Of a DNA stretch of 64,000 bases, positions 11,593 to 23,910 are shown in pieces. A program made the position numbers and the translations under genes. The DNA is from Amphiscolops sp. MND2022. Taxonomy: Eukaryota. The notes beneath the pieces were generated by a model. The model ran no database searches. It was not told the origin of the DNA and was given only the letters and a program-made list of their open reading frames with translations. Location of the stretch: contig OZ076409.1 in NCBI GenBank assembly GCA_964187785.1, positions 87,856,001 through 87,920,000 on the forward strand, read 5' to 3'. Each line of letters opens with the position of its first letter. Within the stretch, counting starts at the first letter, position 1.

Positions 11593-12538
11593 GCTTCAGT
11601 CGAATGTATTTGCCATCCCACCACCATCCATACCTCTTCAACACCCTTGATGCTGCCTATATTCATTTATGTGCAAATTTATACAAACCATGGATTTTGA
11701 TGAGCTATTTAACGTCACCTGTTTCCGATTACAAAGATGAAACGCTTAGTACATTCCCCAATCCAGTGTGAGTAATGCTGTTTATATATAAAAACGTTAC
11801 GTAATACTTCCGTCCTTGCGACGCTGCTCGTTTTTAGTGTTATGACGATCGAATTTTGGCTGTCATTATCACTTGGCTTTTTCTACCCGGATCCTGAGTA
11901 AGACGGGACACTCTCGATCTAAACTTGAATACAGACAGTTAATGCACAATTGGTAGCTTTGAATTTCTCTGGAAAATATGTTTTCATTTCAGTATATTCC
12001 TTAATTATTAGAACGTTGAAGTAACTCCCAGAACACAAATTCGTCAATCTCGTAGAGTTCATTCTTGTGAAGTCCTCTAGTTAAAAACAGGAAGAAAAGA
12101 AGACGAGATCACGTCAATGCGATGTGTTGTCGGGCTCAGAAGACATGAACGTCATGTTAGAGAATTATGTTACAAATGAGCTTGAAAAGAACTCTAAAGC
12201 CAGAGATTCGAAAAAGGATTTGTTGTCCGATTTGCCCCATGAAGGAATAGATTTTAAAATGAAAGAATTTGTGTCAATGATGCACTCAAAACATGAGGGT
12301 TGTAGGCCGTGCGATTCAATAAAAAATGAACCAACAATTTTTAAACAGTATGCAAGGTTTCAAAGAGAGATTGAACACTAAAATAGACCTAAGGTTTGAA
12401 GGACTAGGAAGGAACGCCGAAGTTTAGTTGAACCGCAATAAGTATCAAAATCGACCTAGAACATTGTTAAATCATAGTTGCTCTTTTATCAACAGTACCA
12501 AAAAAACGATTTCAAATGATTTTTGTAAATTTAAAGTA

Positions 12539-12662
12539 TTTCACTTTATAGACTGAGATCTGATGCCGCTCTACACGCTTCTCATTCCACGCGAAAACAA
12601 CCCGGTTGTTTTCAACCACCCGAAGTTTTCGCCACCTCAACAGTTGAATAAGCAAGCCTAAC
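12539..12662 (+). repeat. 124-bp direct repeat, left copy (outside the LTR)
   Basis: Matches 17928-18051 with 7 substitutions counted by eye; contains the palindrome gaaaacaacc-c-ggttgttttc. Confidence 0.9.
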
Positions 12663-15600
12663 TGTTTAGTGTTTCGATATAAAACAATTGTTGAATTGAT
12701 GAAGAATGTATTACAAATGTTTTCAATGTTGAAGGAAATGTAAGTAACTAATTGACGTAGCATTTAGGCAACAGCAAAGGTCCAAATAAATATATAATAC
12801 TCAATATTGCTTTTGACTGGTGTTTACTAGCAAGTCTAGCATCAGATCACCTTTAGCACACTCCCCGTTTTAGTAACAATGGTTATTACAATGTTCAATG
12901 CTAGGTTAAGTACAATGAGAGGTTTCTGTATTCGGTTACTAAATGTCAATTGTTTTGAGTTAATGATTTTGTTTCGCAATGTCTTTTTCTTCAGTCTTCG
13001 TTCTCTTCGTTTATTGCCATGATGACATCTATGCCATATCGTTGTGGTGCCCTTCTCATTCGGCTGACCCTTGATTGATTGGGTGTACTGTTTTGTGACG
13101 CCTTGGATGGTTTTGCCTCTTTCGCCATTGCCGCTTTCTTCGGAGTGACCAATTTTTCCACCTTTGTCTCCTTTGATTTTGCAACCACATTGGCTGGAGT
13201 TACCTCTTCTTTTGTATTGTTTTCTGCTTCTTCAGAATGCATGTTGGTGGAAGTAGGGGTAATCTCACTCAATGTAAGTAACTAGATATCCGCCCTCTTG
13301 CTGCTAGTCGGCATATTAGTGTCCGATAATTCTTTTACGTCGAATTCGGTTATTATTGGGCTGTCTTTGCTAAAATCCCCCTTTTTCACTCTTTCTTGCT
13401 GGCTTTGCTGATTCGTTTTCTTGGGAAGGACTATAACGTTTAGCCACTGTTCTGTTTTTGAACACTTGGTGGAATTTTTCATTCCTTCGGGCAAGAACGT
13501 CAATGAGTGGTTCGTTTCATCCCGTATTCTTCCTTTTTCCTTTTGGAAAGCTGATTCCAATTTGCTCACACGTGGTCTTACCCTGACGAGAATAGTGGAG
13601 TCCACCTCTTCTTCGAAATCCAACTTTTCGAAGCTGACTTTCGGATCTTGTTCTGGAGCACCCTTTTCCTTGGTTACCACCTCGCTCACTATATTGCTCT
13701 AACCGTATCCGGTTTCCGTCCGTACTGCCTTTCAAAAGGTGATTTCCCATCTATTTTCATGCCGGTTCTTAGAGCATATAAAATTTCTGACAACACCGAA
13801 TTGTCCTTCTTCAAAAGTATGCTCTTATTCGTGCTCAACCGCTCGTTCAAAGTTCTGATTAACCTTTCAATCTTACCATTTCCGCGGTGGTTAACAGACC
13901 GGACAAGTTACATGTTGAACTTGAAATTGTTTGCAAAGTTTCATAAATTATTCACTCGTAAACACCGTTCCTGGGTCTGAACGTATTCGTTTTGGATTCC
14001 GTATTGCGCAATATAATTTTTTAAAATTTCATTCAATTTCTTGGTAGTAGGTTTGTGTAAAAGTATAGCGTCTGGCCATGCAGAAAAATTGTCTAATGAT
14101 ACTAATAAACATTGTTTTCCGTGCATTGCGTTTTCCGTGCATTGCAATCTCTTCGTTTGATTCTGATGAATTAGGTATTTTTCCGAATTCACTTTGTTTC
14201 TGTGAAACTTTATCATTCTTACCTGCCGCACTACTTTCCTCGCTGTCTCTTGCTGTATTTACCACCTCCCGTTGGATCTTTGGCCACAAAATGTCTGCCA
14301 CGTTCCTCAGCATAACGTCCCTTCCGGGATGGCCGTAATGTAAGCGGCTCTCAAACTAATCGGTATTACCAAGCGATTATCCATGTACAGAAAATTCTTC
14401 TGGTCGACGCTCAATGAATTAAATTTCTATCACCACGGTGATGGTAGACGTGATATTTTGCCCCCTTCTTGGGTTTTCACTAGGTTGATTACTTTTTGCA
14501 AATTTTTGTCTGCTTCGTAATTTGCCGGAAGAAATGATTCGTTGATTTTACCAATTGTCGTGGAGATGTTTACACTGTCAACTTGTCTATTTAAGAGATT
14601 ATACGCACCACTGCTTTTAATCGTCTTGTTTTTATTTTGGTCGTGCTTCACTTTGATTGGCTGACGTTGTTTTGCTTTCTTTTGGCTCGACTGCCGTTCA
14701 TTCTCGTTCTCATTTTCCACTTTCAACACTGATTCTCTAGTGCGTGACAAAACCTTGCCTTTCTGCGCTACCATTGGTTTAGCCTCATCCACTGAAATAG
14801 CATCAAGTTTTCAAATTATGTCAACTGTGAACCACTCGTTCGACAGTTTTGCGCATGAATCGTTGTTCCATCCAAGTCGCTCGGGTGTCTTGACAAGTAA
14901 TCCACGAAAACCTAACACCTTTCCCTGGCGCATGCGGTATTTCAAACTCGAATGGTAGCAAACGATCCACCCATCTCGTTGAAAGACTCGAAAATTTTTT
15001 AATTCCTCGATTCAGTCGTAAAACAGATGACAATGTTTTGTAGTCAGAAATTACTCTAAACTTTGTTCCATATACATAATTTTTAAAATGCTCTATTGCC
15101 CAGAAAACCGCTAATAACTCCAATTCGTTTTTTGAGTACTTGGTTTCGAAGTCCATTAAAAATCTTGATGCAAACTATATTGGTTTCCATACTTGGTTAT
15201 TTTGCTGTTGCTGAAGTACTGCGCCTAGTTCACTTTTTTTCACATCACAAATGATTCTTAGCCGGCTGTCTCTTTTAAAATGCGTCAATTCCGTAATTTT
15301 CTTCACTTCTTGGTGTATTATTAAAGAGGCTTCTTCATGTTCTTCCGTCCATTTCCAAATTACGTCCTTTTTTAAAAATGATCTAAATGAGAAACAAATG
15401 GTGGCAAGTTCTGGTACAAATTAATTTTACTGATTCACTGCTCCGAGAAATGATCTGAGTTCTTTCAAGTAAGTTGGTCTTACTATTAGTCGCCCTGTAT
15501 TCCTTGGACTGTTCCGTTTACTGGGGAACTGCCACTTCCCGTTAATTCATAGACACACCATTCAATCTTTTTACAAGCTATTTTACATTTATCTACTTTC

Positions 15601-17915
15601 AACTGCATGTTCGCTTTATCTAAAACATTCCTGACTTCTCTGACTTTTTGATTATGTACAGTTTTATCTCCCTGTGTTACAAATAAAAGGTCATCAATAT
15701 ATACAAATTTACAATCAATATTTACAAGCGTCAAAATCAAAGCCTTTTGAAATTCCGTTGGCATAATTGTTAGACCGTAATGTCCAGTTATAAAACGGTA
15801 AGTCCCGGTCGACTTGCCACCCACTATTTGAAAAATACAATGTCTGGCGGTGCTTTCATGTGGTGGCACCTGTCCGTATGCGTATTTTAAATCTACCAAC
15901 GTGTATAGAACTTCTCCTTCTTGCCCTTCAAAATTTTCTGCGACCATATCCATCAAATTTTTTAAGCTGGACATTCGAAATTTACCCTTGGCTATCGATT
16001 CAATTAATGCCCTCGCGTCTAATGCAAATATTACAGAACCATCCTTTTTTACGGTAATGAATACCGGCTGTATGAGTACATCATCTTTCATTGAATCCAT
16101 TTGTTCTATGTGCCCTTGTTCGAGTAAATTACTTATTTCTTCGTCTACTTGTTTTTGTAATTGGATTGGTATTCGCTTATTTTGCTGTTGTGTTACGCGT
16201 GCGTTTTCTTTCGTTTCGATTCTAATTGAAATTTATTATTACAACCGCGGCGTTGAAACAGTTTAGGCAATTCCTCTGCTAGTTGCTTTACCGCCGCAAG
16301 TAACTCTACCTCAGGATTCACTTGATCTGCAGATACGCAATTAATTGAATTCTCAACTTCTTCTGTAGAATGCACGACTTTGCATCGCAGAGCAGTCAAC
16401 CAATCACCACCCACGATCGCTTTTGTATTTTTTTCCGCTACCAGTACTCTTGCTTTCGATACACGAATTCCTTTGGTCATGCAAACTGACAAACATACAA
16501 CCCATCAGTGGTAACGGCTTTTTGTTGAAATCCACATAGCGTTCGTTATTGATCATATTTCTCACTACCACTCTCTTTTCTCCCACAAATCTCTGCAGTT
16601 CATCTATGGGAAATATTAATACTGGAGACTCTGTGTCTATGATTACCTTGAATTCGTTCCCACATAGTAATTCTTCTATCATGAACGGGCTCTTTCCGTC
16701 ACTGTCCACTTGTAACACAAGCTCATCGTCATGGAGCTCTTCTTCTTCTTATTCTTCATCTTCTTCTGACACATAGTTTACTCGCTTTGCTTCAAATCGT
16801 TTGTTTTTCATTCTTTGTTGCATCTTCTTCTTTTTTTGCGGGTATTTTTGGTTATAACATTCCTCCAAATGTCCCATTACCGAACAAAATTCGCACTGAT
16901 AGTTTTTTGCTACTCATTTCTTTAAATGATCCATAGTGAAGTTGTTAGCTCCACAGCGATAACTTTCTCTTTTATTACTTTTTTTGATTGCAAATAACGG
17001 TTCACTCTTTATCATTTTTGACTGTTCTGTGACACATATCCCCATCGATTTTTGTCTTCGCATCCCTTCTTCACACTTCTTCATATGAGGTTGCGTATTG
17101 CATGGCTTCGGCTGGATTAGCAAACACGTCCACACAGGGTCTCTATTGGACTTTTTTACTTTTCATATTGAGAATGAATACGTCATGTACCAACGTTTGC
17201 GTAATATCTCCCAGCTCGCATCTCGCTGCTAAGCCATTCAAGGAGTGCCCGAAGTGTTGCAAGGATTCTGTTGGCCATTGCTTTCTCGATATAAAATTAT
17301 GTCTATCTAGTGTGCGATTTCTTTCAATGTGAAAACAACTCTGACAATTATTTAGCATGTCTTTTGCCTGTAGTGTCCATTTTGAAATTTCGAGATATTC
17401 TCCTCTAAACATCTTCCTTCCGGATTCGCCAAGTGACAGGAACATCATACTCACAACGTTCTTATTTGTCGCTTCTTCTGGCAAATCCCCCAACAACGCC
17501 TTTACCCTCGGATTTGTCTCATCCACCGATCTGGTCAATTCGTTCAAGGAGATTGAAGATTTGGCCATCATACCCAGTGCAAATAGGTCAATCCACTCCT
17601 CCCATTCCATCGACGGAGACTTTGACGCTTCGTGCCTGAACAAAGGTAGTTCTACCAGTAACGAATTAGTTGTTGTAGAATTTGCTGACCGCGATGATAT
17701 TGATGCTCGCAGCACCATGTTGTAGTGTTTCGATATGAAACAATTGTTGAATTGATGAAGAATGTCTTACGAATGTTTTCAATGTTGAAGGAAATGTAAG
17801 TAAGTAATTGACGAGTATTTAGGCAACAGCAAAGATCCACATAAACCCATAATACTCAATAATGCTTTTGACTGGTGTTTACTAATAAGTCTAGCATCAA
17901 ATGACCTTTAGCACA
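12663..17915 (-). mobile_element. Full-length but inactivated Ty3/Gypsy LTR retrotransposon (gag-PR-RT-RH-IN)
   Basis: 198-bp LTRs at 12663-12860 and 17718-17915 (TG..CA, roughly 9% diverged by eye); PBS TGGTGCTGCGAGC at 17717-17705; PPT at 12861-12871; gag 17143-17718; protease IDTESP; RT DLKYAYGQ..YIDD at 15486-16100; RNase H ELELLAV; integrase GHPGRDVML and HRGNGKIER. Multiple stops and frameshifts. Confidence 0.95.
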
Positions 17916-17927
17916 CTGTCACATGTC

Positions 17928-18051
17928 TTTCACTTTATAGAGTGAGACCTGATTCCGCTTTACACCCTTCTCATTCCACGCGAAAACAACCCGGTTGTTT
18001 TCAACCACCCGAAGTTTTCGCCACCTCCACAGGTGAATAAGCAAGCCTAAC
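17928..18051 (+). repeat. 124-bp direct repeat, right copy
   Basis: Matches 12539-12662; separated from the LTR end (17915) by 12 bp (ctgtcacatgtc). Confidence 0.9.
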
Positions 18052-20698
18052 CGTGTTTTCTGTCGCAAAACAACGAAAGTGTCAAAGTTACTTGTTCACT
18101 GTATCTCGTTATTGTGACTAGGAAGAAATATATATATATTTTTTGCCTTTTCGTCACTGCCAAAAAACGCCGGAAACATAAGTGAAAATGCCGAAAACAC
18201 ACCAATTCAAGGCCAAACACTGCAAGGAGGACCGAATGAACAATTTCTAGAGTAGCCAAAATGATAGGCCCAAACCCAATAGCTACATACGCCCTGAAAA
18301 ACCGGAACAAGTAGTTGCGAAAAACGTGGAACTCCGCAGTGCAACCAATTTGGGGTCCATACACCAATTTCAAATCCGATGGAAGTTGGACTGTACTTTT
18401 TTGCTCCTTGTCAAGGTTTTGACATAGGATGACTATTTTCCGTTTTGCAGTCCTTTCTGAATGATCGTTTCAATGTGTTACTTGAAAACATTGACCGTGT
18501 ATCAACGTAATATTTACCGCTACTCATACGAGCTTACTCTAGCTTTTCTCGACGCTCCCTCGCGACGAATCATGTTGTTGAAGTGACGCATGACAAATCA
18601 TAACTTAACTTTCATTGTGAAATATGAATGGGCTTTACACAAATTGAGTTTGAGCGTTATGGCAAGCTTCGAAGCTCAATTTATTATGTGTTCGCGTCTA
18701 ACCTCTTGAAATTCAAGCACAAATCTGTTGAACATTGTGCTGTATTCCACTGCAACCTTCAGTGATTTTCGCTGCAACATGTGGAATCCTTTATCCAATA
18801 AAAATGGGACTGCTTACTCATTTTTGCAAAAACTTCCATCGAGTTTTTTTCCCGCCACACATGCATTGCATGCAGAGCATGGTATCTGATTCCACTGTTT
18901 GTGTTGGCGTACTCCACTGAAAACCAGTGAAATACATGTCTAGAATTCTGATGGAGAAATCCACTGACATATCCACCGACAACAAAAATTTTTCAATCCC
19001 AGTTTGTTAGACGAGTGTTGCGTCCTTGACGCGGAAATTATATTGAGTACACTGTGTCATTTTAACATTTGAAAAGTTCAATTGAAGGTGTGTTTTGGAA
19101 TTGAGGAACATTGTTAGAATTTTTCGTCTGATTTTTTCGAAATTTCCGAAAATTCCGAAATTTTCACGTGCCGTATTTACTGTTATAGTATTTCTAAAAT
19201 ACGCTGAACATCATTGAAGCGCGTTGTATAGGTTCCATCTAGCGGTATTTGTCCGGTTCTAAACCGTCGTTCCTCCAATAAGTTGTCATTTTCTTTGTTC
19301 GGAGATACGAGCAATATTGCAGTGCCCTGACGCTTCTTGTTTGAAAACGTTTCCAGCATGAGTGACGTACGTGGAAGCGGGCATCTATTTTTTTCCAGAA
19401 AAAAATAAATATTATGTTCTTTTCCCCAAACTTCCGTAACAAGCAGATTAAAATTTCTGTTGGCACTCAGTGATGTTTTTTGAGAAAATAATAGATGCAA
19501 CTCCAATTCCACTATTTTTTGAAACTACATCCAAATGTTCCGTTGGGAAAAATGTTTCGGTGGGTCAAAAATGAAATGACAGTACTGGGATCAAAATTTA
19601 CGGGGATTTTGATCCAAAAAGGTGGTTGATGAAACTGCGCTGATTGGTTCAAGTAAAAGAAAACAACAAAATGCACGTCAGCCAATGAACTTGAGAATTT
19701 AAAAGAGTCAAAACCGGGAAAGCCATTTTCCCCAGTGTTAGTTTTCTCCTTTTAGCTCTGCTGCTTTAAACTGTTTCCATTCTGAACATTATTTAAAAAG
19801 CTCCAAAGTATTATATTTTGTAAACAAACTCCCATTCCGCCTCCACAGCTTGCTTGACAACTGAATAAAGATTACCGTCATTTGTTCAACATCTTAAAAC
19901 AGAAAATCAGTGAGTAAAAGTACAAGATTACTTCTGCATTTGAAGTCCTGACAAGTTTATCACTAAAGATTGATTTGATTTTTTTTGATACAAGAAAATG
20001 CGTTCATTTCTTTTCCATTGCCCTCAGTTTGGTATTCTAAGCTCTAAACGTTTCCAGAGAAAGAAAGCTGTTTTTGTTTGCTGAGTTTTTGAGATTTTTT
20101 GCTATCGGTTTAATGGTCAATTTGTCTAATTTTGAGCTTTTCATTCACAAAATGACCCTCAGTATCAAAGTTTCCCTGGTAGCTTGCTCGAAAGAAAAGT
20201 TTGCAAAATAAAACCTTAAATGCTATTTTGAATGGAGCAAGCAATATTCGGAGTTGACTAAATGCCTTGCTTCAGCGGGTTCAAATACCTGGGACTGAAA
20301 TATCCGGAACTGGAGCTGAAAGTTTCGGACACGAAAAACTACTTCTTTTTACAATCATGAAGTTTCATTTGCGACTTGTTTTCAGTTGAATACATATACT
20401 AATTCTCAAACTCCCCTTTTCGGGCGGCGCCTTTGTTGCGAATGAAGGCGGAATACTAAGTGAAGGGGTTAACGACCGGAGTGGCCCTATCTACCAAAGC
20501 ACCCATTTTTCTCGGAAACGTCGCGAGAAGGAGTCGCTTTTTCATGGCATTTGTTCATGAGTCGGTTTTTTAGTCGTCGCCTTTCGTAAAAAAATCAGAC
20601 TATAGCACTGGCTTTTTTCAAGATCAACGAGGTGACAGATTTTATAATCTTTATAAGCTGAGCTGTTTGAAGAAACTTGCAGCGTATTTAGATTTTGA

Positions 20699-20925
20699 TC
20701 GGATATAACGTTTTCAAAGTTCGGATATAACGTTTTCAAAGTTCGGATATAACGTTTTAAAGTTCGGATATAACGTTTTCAATGTTCGGATATAACGTTT
20801 TAAAGTTCGGATATAACGTTTTCAAAGTTCGGATATAATGTTTTCAAAGTTCGGATGTAACGTTTTCAAAGTTCGGATACAACGCTTTCAAAGTCCGGAT
20901 ATAACGTTTTCAGAGTTCAGATGTA
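20699..20925 (+). repeat. 22-bp minisatellite, ~10 copies
   Basis: Unit ggatataacgttttcaaagttc, with a few 21-bp variants; related units at ~36545-36645. Confidence 0.95.
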
Positions 20926-21396
20926 ATTTCGGCTTTGTAAGATTTTTTCCGAAAAATTTTTTCCGCAGACCGCAAGTAACCAAAATAATCTACCAAAAGT
21001 TCTACGAGATTTCAAATTATACCCATTGGCCCTGGCAACTGAGCCAAAACGTGTTTCCTTTTTCCCGCGTAACATACAATACCGGGCGAGACTAAAGGGT
21101 CCCCCTTTTAGTTTTTTCGGCATAGTGCGACTTTTTTTTCGACAAAGAATTCCACCTTCAATTATTTTGGAGTTTAGCGGCACAAAGGATGTTAAAAATT
21201 ACAAAAGGTTCCCCCTTCCAGTTTTTTTTTGCATTGCGAGATTTTTTTAAAAAATCACCAAAGGGTCCCACCTTCAATTTTTTAGATGATTTGCGACAGA
21301 TAATGAAAATCTCCAAGCGTACCCCTCGCGCACCGAGTCATTTCGCAATTTTTGAGACTTAGACATGGAGCCGAATTTGGCCGTTCCCAGCTTGTT
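20926..21396 (+). mobile_element. Interspersed repeat ending in small hairpin + CTTGTT (Helentron/DINE-like); 5' boundary uncertain
   Basis: End ggagccgaatttggccgttcccagcttgtt; similar ends at 24731-24762 (+), 25143-25173 (+), 35859-35888 (-) and 36317-36346 (-). Confidence 0.5.
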
Positions 21397-23010
21397 ATTT
21401 TTAGGAGTAACGGCATTCTGCTTGTGAAGAGTCCGAGGTTTTGCGTAAGATAACAAAATAAATCTTTAAATTCTAGTTCTACAGCTAGTTTGAAAAATTC
21501 CTGCACAAATAGTGTGAGACGCACGATAACTGGTGTCCCTGTTCGTGAGGCAGAAATCTCACTTTAAAAGGACTCAAGGATTCTTGCAGCATTCTGTTGC
21601 ACTTTCTACTACATAAAGTAGTGTAAATCTGTCAAGTCAAATATCTACAGAAAAACTCAATTTTCACAGCCCGCTCCCGGTCTGGCATGTGGCTGTAGAA
21701 GAGTAGCCATCAGAAAAGGACTTGGCTGCAATCTTAGATTTCCAAGGTTGTATTTCAATTGCTGAACTAAATCCCATCCTAAAATAAACTGTGACCATTA
21801 ATAAGGAATATACGTCCATCTAGCAAAATTCTTCAAAGAAAATTAGTATTGGGAACTAATCAGACTGAAATTATTTCATGGATTTCCGCTCGCTAAGACG
21901 TTGAAGCCACGACGGAAAATGTTCATTATGACATCTGAAATATCAATTTGAAGATGGAACATATAAAACGATCAGTTGAAAATACCATAGCCAAATTTGT
22001 ATAAAATAAAAGACATTACGCAAATCTAAAATAGAAAAACACTAGGAAATTAAGCTCCAAAACATTTACGCCTTGTCCCAATAAGGCTAGCTAAATGCAT
22101 TTGAACAGCAATTAGTGTGATTTAGGACGACGGTATTGCGCAAAGTAAACAAAGATGGCGGTGAGATAAAACATTCATGTGACGTCACAAAGCCGTAGAC
22201 AAGTTTGAAAGAATGGTTAGTGACGTCACGGTCCCGTCTATGTTGACTAGAAAATTATTGCAATTATCCGCCAAAATAGCGTCACCGAATTAGCAGCTAA
22301 CTTGAAAAATCATTCCAAATATCCGCCAATATGACGTCACGGCCTCGGCAGCTAGCTAAAAGTTCGCTCTAAACACTCGTCAACACTGCGTCAATTTTGT
22401 CAAAATATCACACTTGCCAAGAAAACTCGTCAATATGACGTTGAAAAAATTATGAAACTTTGGAATTAGTCGGTACTAAGTTTAAAATGTCTATCATTCT
22501 GAAGGGAAAACTAAGGATTTAATAGTGCTAAGTAAGCACAAACATTAGACTTGATATAGCAGTTTAGTTATACTTCCACCCCTAGATTTACATAACCACA
22601 GTGAGGAACGTTGGTTTGTTCTTTCCAACGTAAATTTGCGTCATCTCTTCGTCGACAACAGTACAGACAATGATTTTTAGCGAATATCTTAGGTAAATGA
22701 AAAAAGTCACAGTTTATAGTCTGAATTGAGAGAAGTCAGGTGTTCGTAATGATTATGACAAAATTGTCCGAATGGTAATTAATATTGTCGATACAAATGG
22801 ATATTAAATCAAATATTAAGTTTGTATTTTTATGATATTCATTACTCCCATTTTTAGCCAGACTTGAATTTTGGTACCTCATTTGTATTCCTTGTGATGT
22901 TTGTTGCTATCATTTGTACTTAATGCCATTTCGTTAACTAGTACCTCCGTATGCAGACGTTGTCGTGTCGTTACTTTGCAGTTTAGTCCAACGAATCAAT
23001 TTAAGTACGA

Positions 23011-23910
23011 AGTTGTGGATATTAGATGAACCCAAATAATTAAGTTGTTATTGGATTGTCATAAATTTCTCTCTCCTAGCACCATTCCAAATAGTCATTT
23101 TCAAGTTTAGTTATGTTTTCCTTCAAGCTAAAATTCAAAATCAAGCAATAGTTGTTCACGCCAGCGTCACTTCAGCGTCAATTTTCCCGCGAACCAAAGC
23201 CGTAAAACAGGGAATCATTTCCGGTTTGATAGACTGAAGTAAACTCTACTTCCTGCTTGGAAGGAACCAAAAGGACGCCGGGATGGAATGATATGATCAT
23301 ATCTGGTGACTAATACTGAATTGGAATTTCCGTGTCTTAAGATTTGACGAGATGTCGACGCAGATTGAGGATTAAAATGATTTTCCTGATTAAAATGATC
23401 TTCTACATTTCTGTAAAACAAGTTGAATTGCTTTTGCTAATCTTGTTATTAACTTTTGTTAAAACGAAACACTGAAATTCAATTGAGAATTAAAACGAAA
23501 TTTTCTTCCAAGATGTCAACAACTAGATGCCAAAAGAGGAGAAATAGCCAACAGGAGAGCTCGAAAATGTAAGTGAAGGTTTGATTTCACCAGTTCTAGT
23601 AGGAGATGAGATCCTGGTAGACCAAGATGTAATGGTTGCGGGCCCATCAAGTGCAAAGTCTCCCAGGATTTAGAACAGCATTTTTGAGAACTTAAGAGCT
23701 TCTTTGAAAGACGAAATCACGTCGGAGATTAAAACCCTCCTCGTGGAATCCCAGAAAGAGATACTGAAGCTACTGAAACCTAAAACAACGGGAATGTTAG
23801 AGATGGACCTGAGGATGAGCCGGAAAACGAAAATAGGAGTTGCTACACTCCGACTAAGTTAGTTAGAATAAATTCTACCCAAAACAACGAACTACACACT
23901 AGTCGTAACA
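23011..23910 (+). mobile_element. Probable Gypsy solo LTR containing a decayed gag-like 5' reading frame
   Basis: Ends (a)gttgtgg...cgtaaca with flanks acga/tcga (possible degraded 4-bp TSD); broken frame from 23513, MSTTRCQKRRNSQQES...LRASLKDEITSEIKTLLVESQKEILKLLKP, runs toward the terminal aaca. Confidence 0.55.

Noticed and set aside
12539..18051. DIRS/Ngaro split-direct-repeat element
   Set aside because: The element has a protease, DDE integrase, PBS and PPT, no tyrosine recombinase, and repeat order A-B..B-A.
21670..21746. Possible small host exon (cag|...aag|gt), and a similar one at ~22586-22692
   Set aside because: No recognisable protein and no partner exons; not supportable without transcripts.
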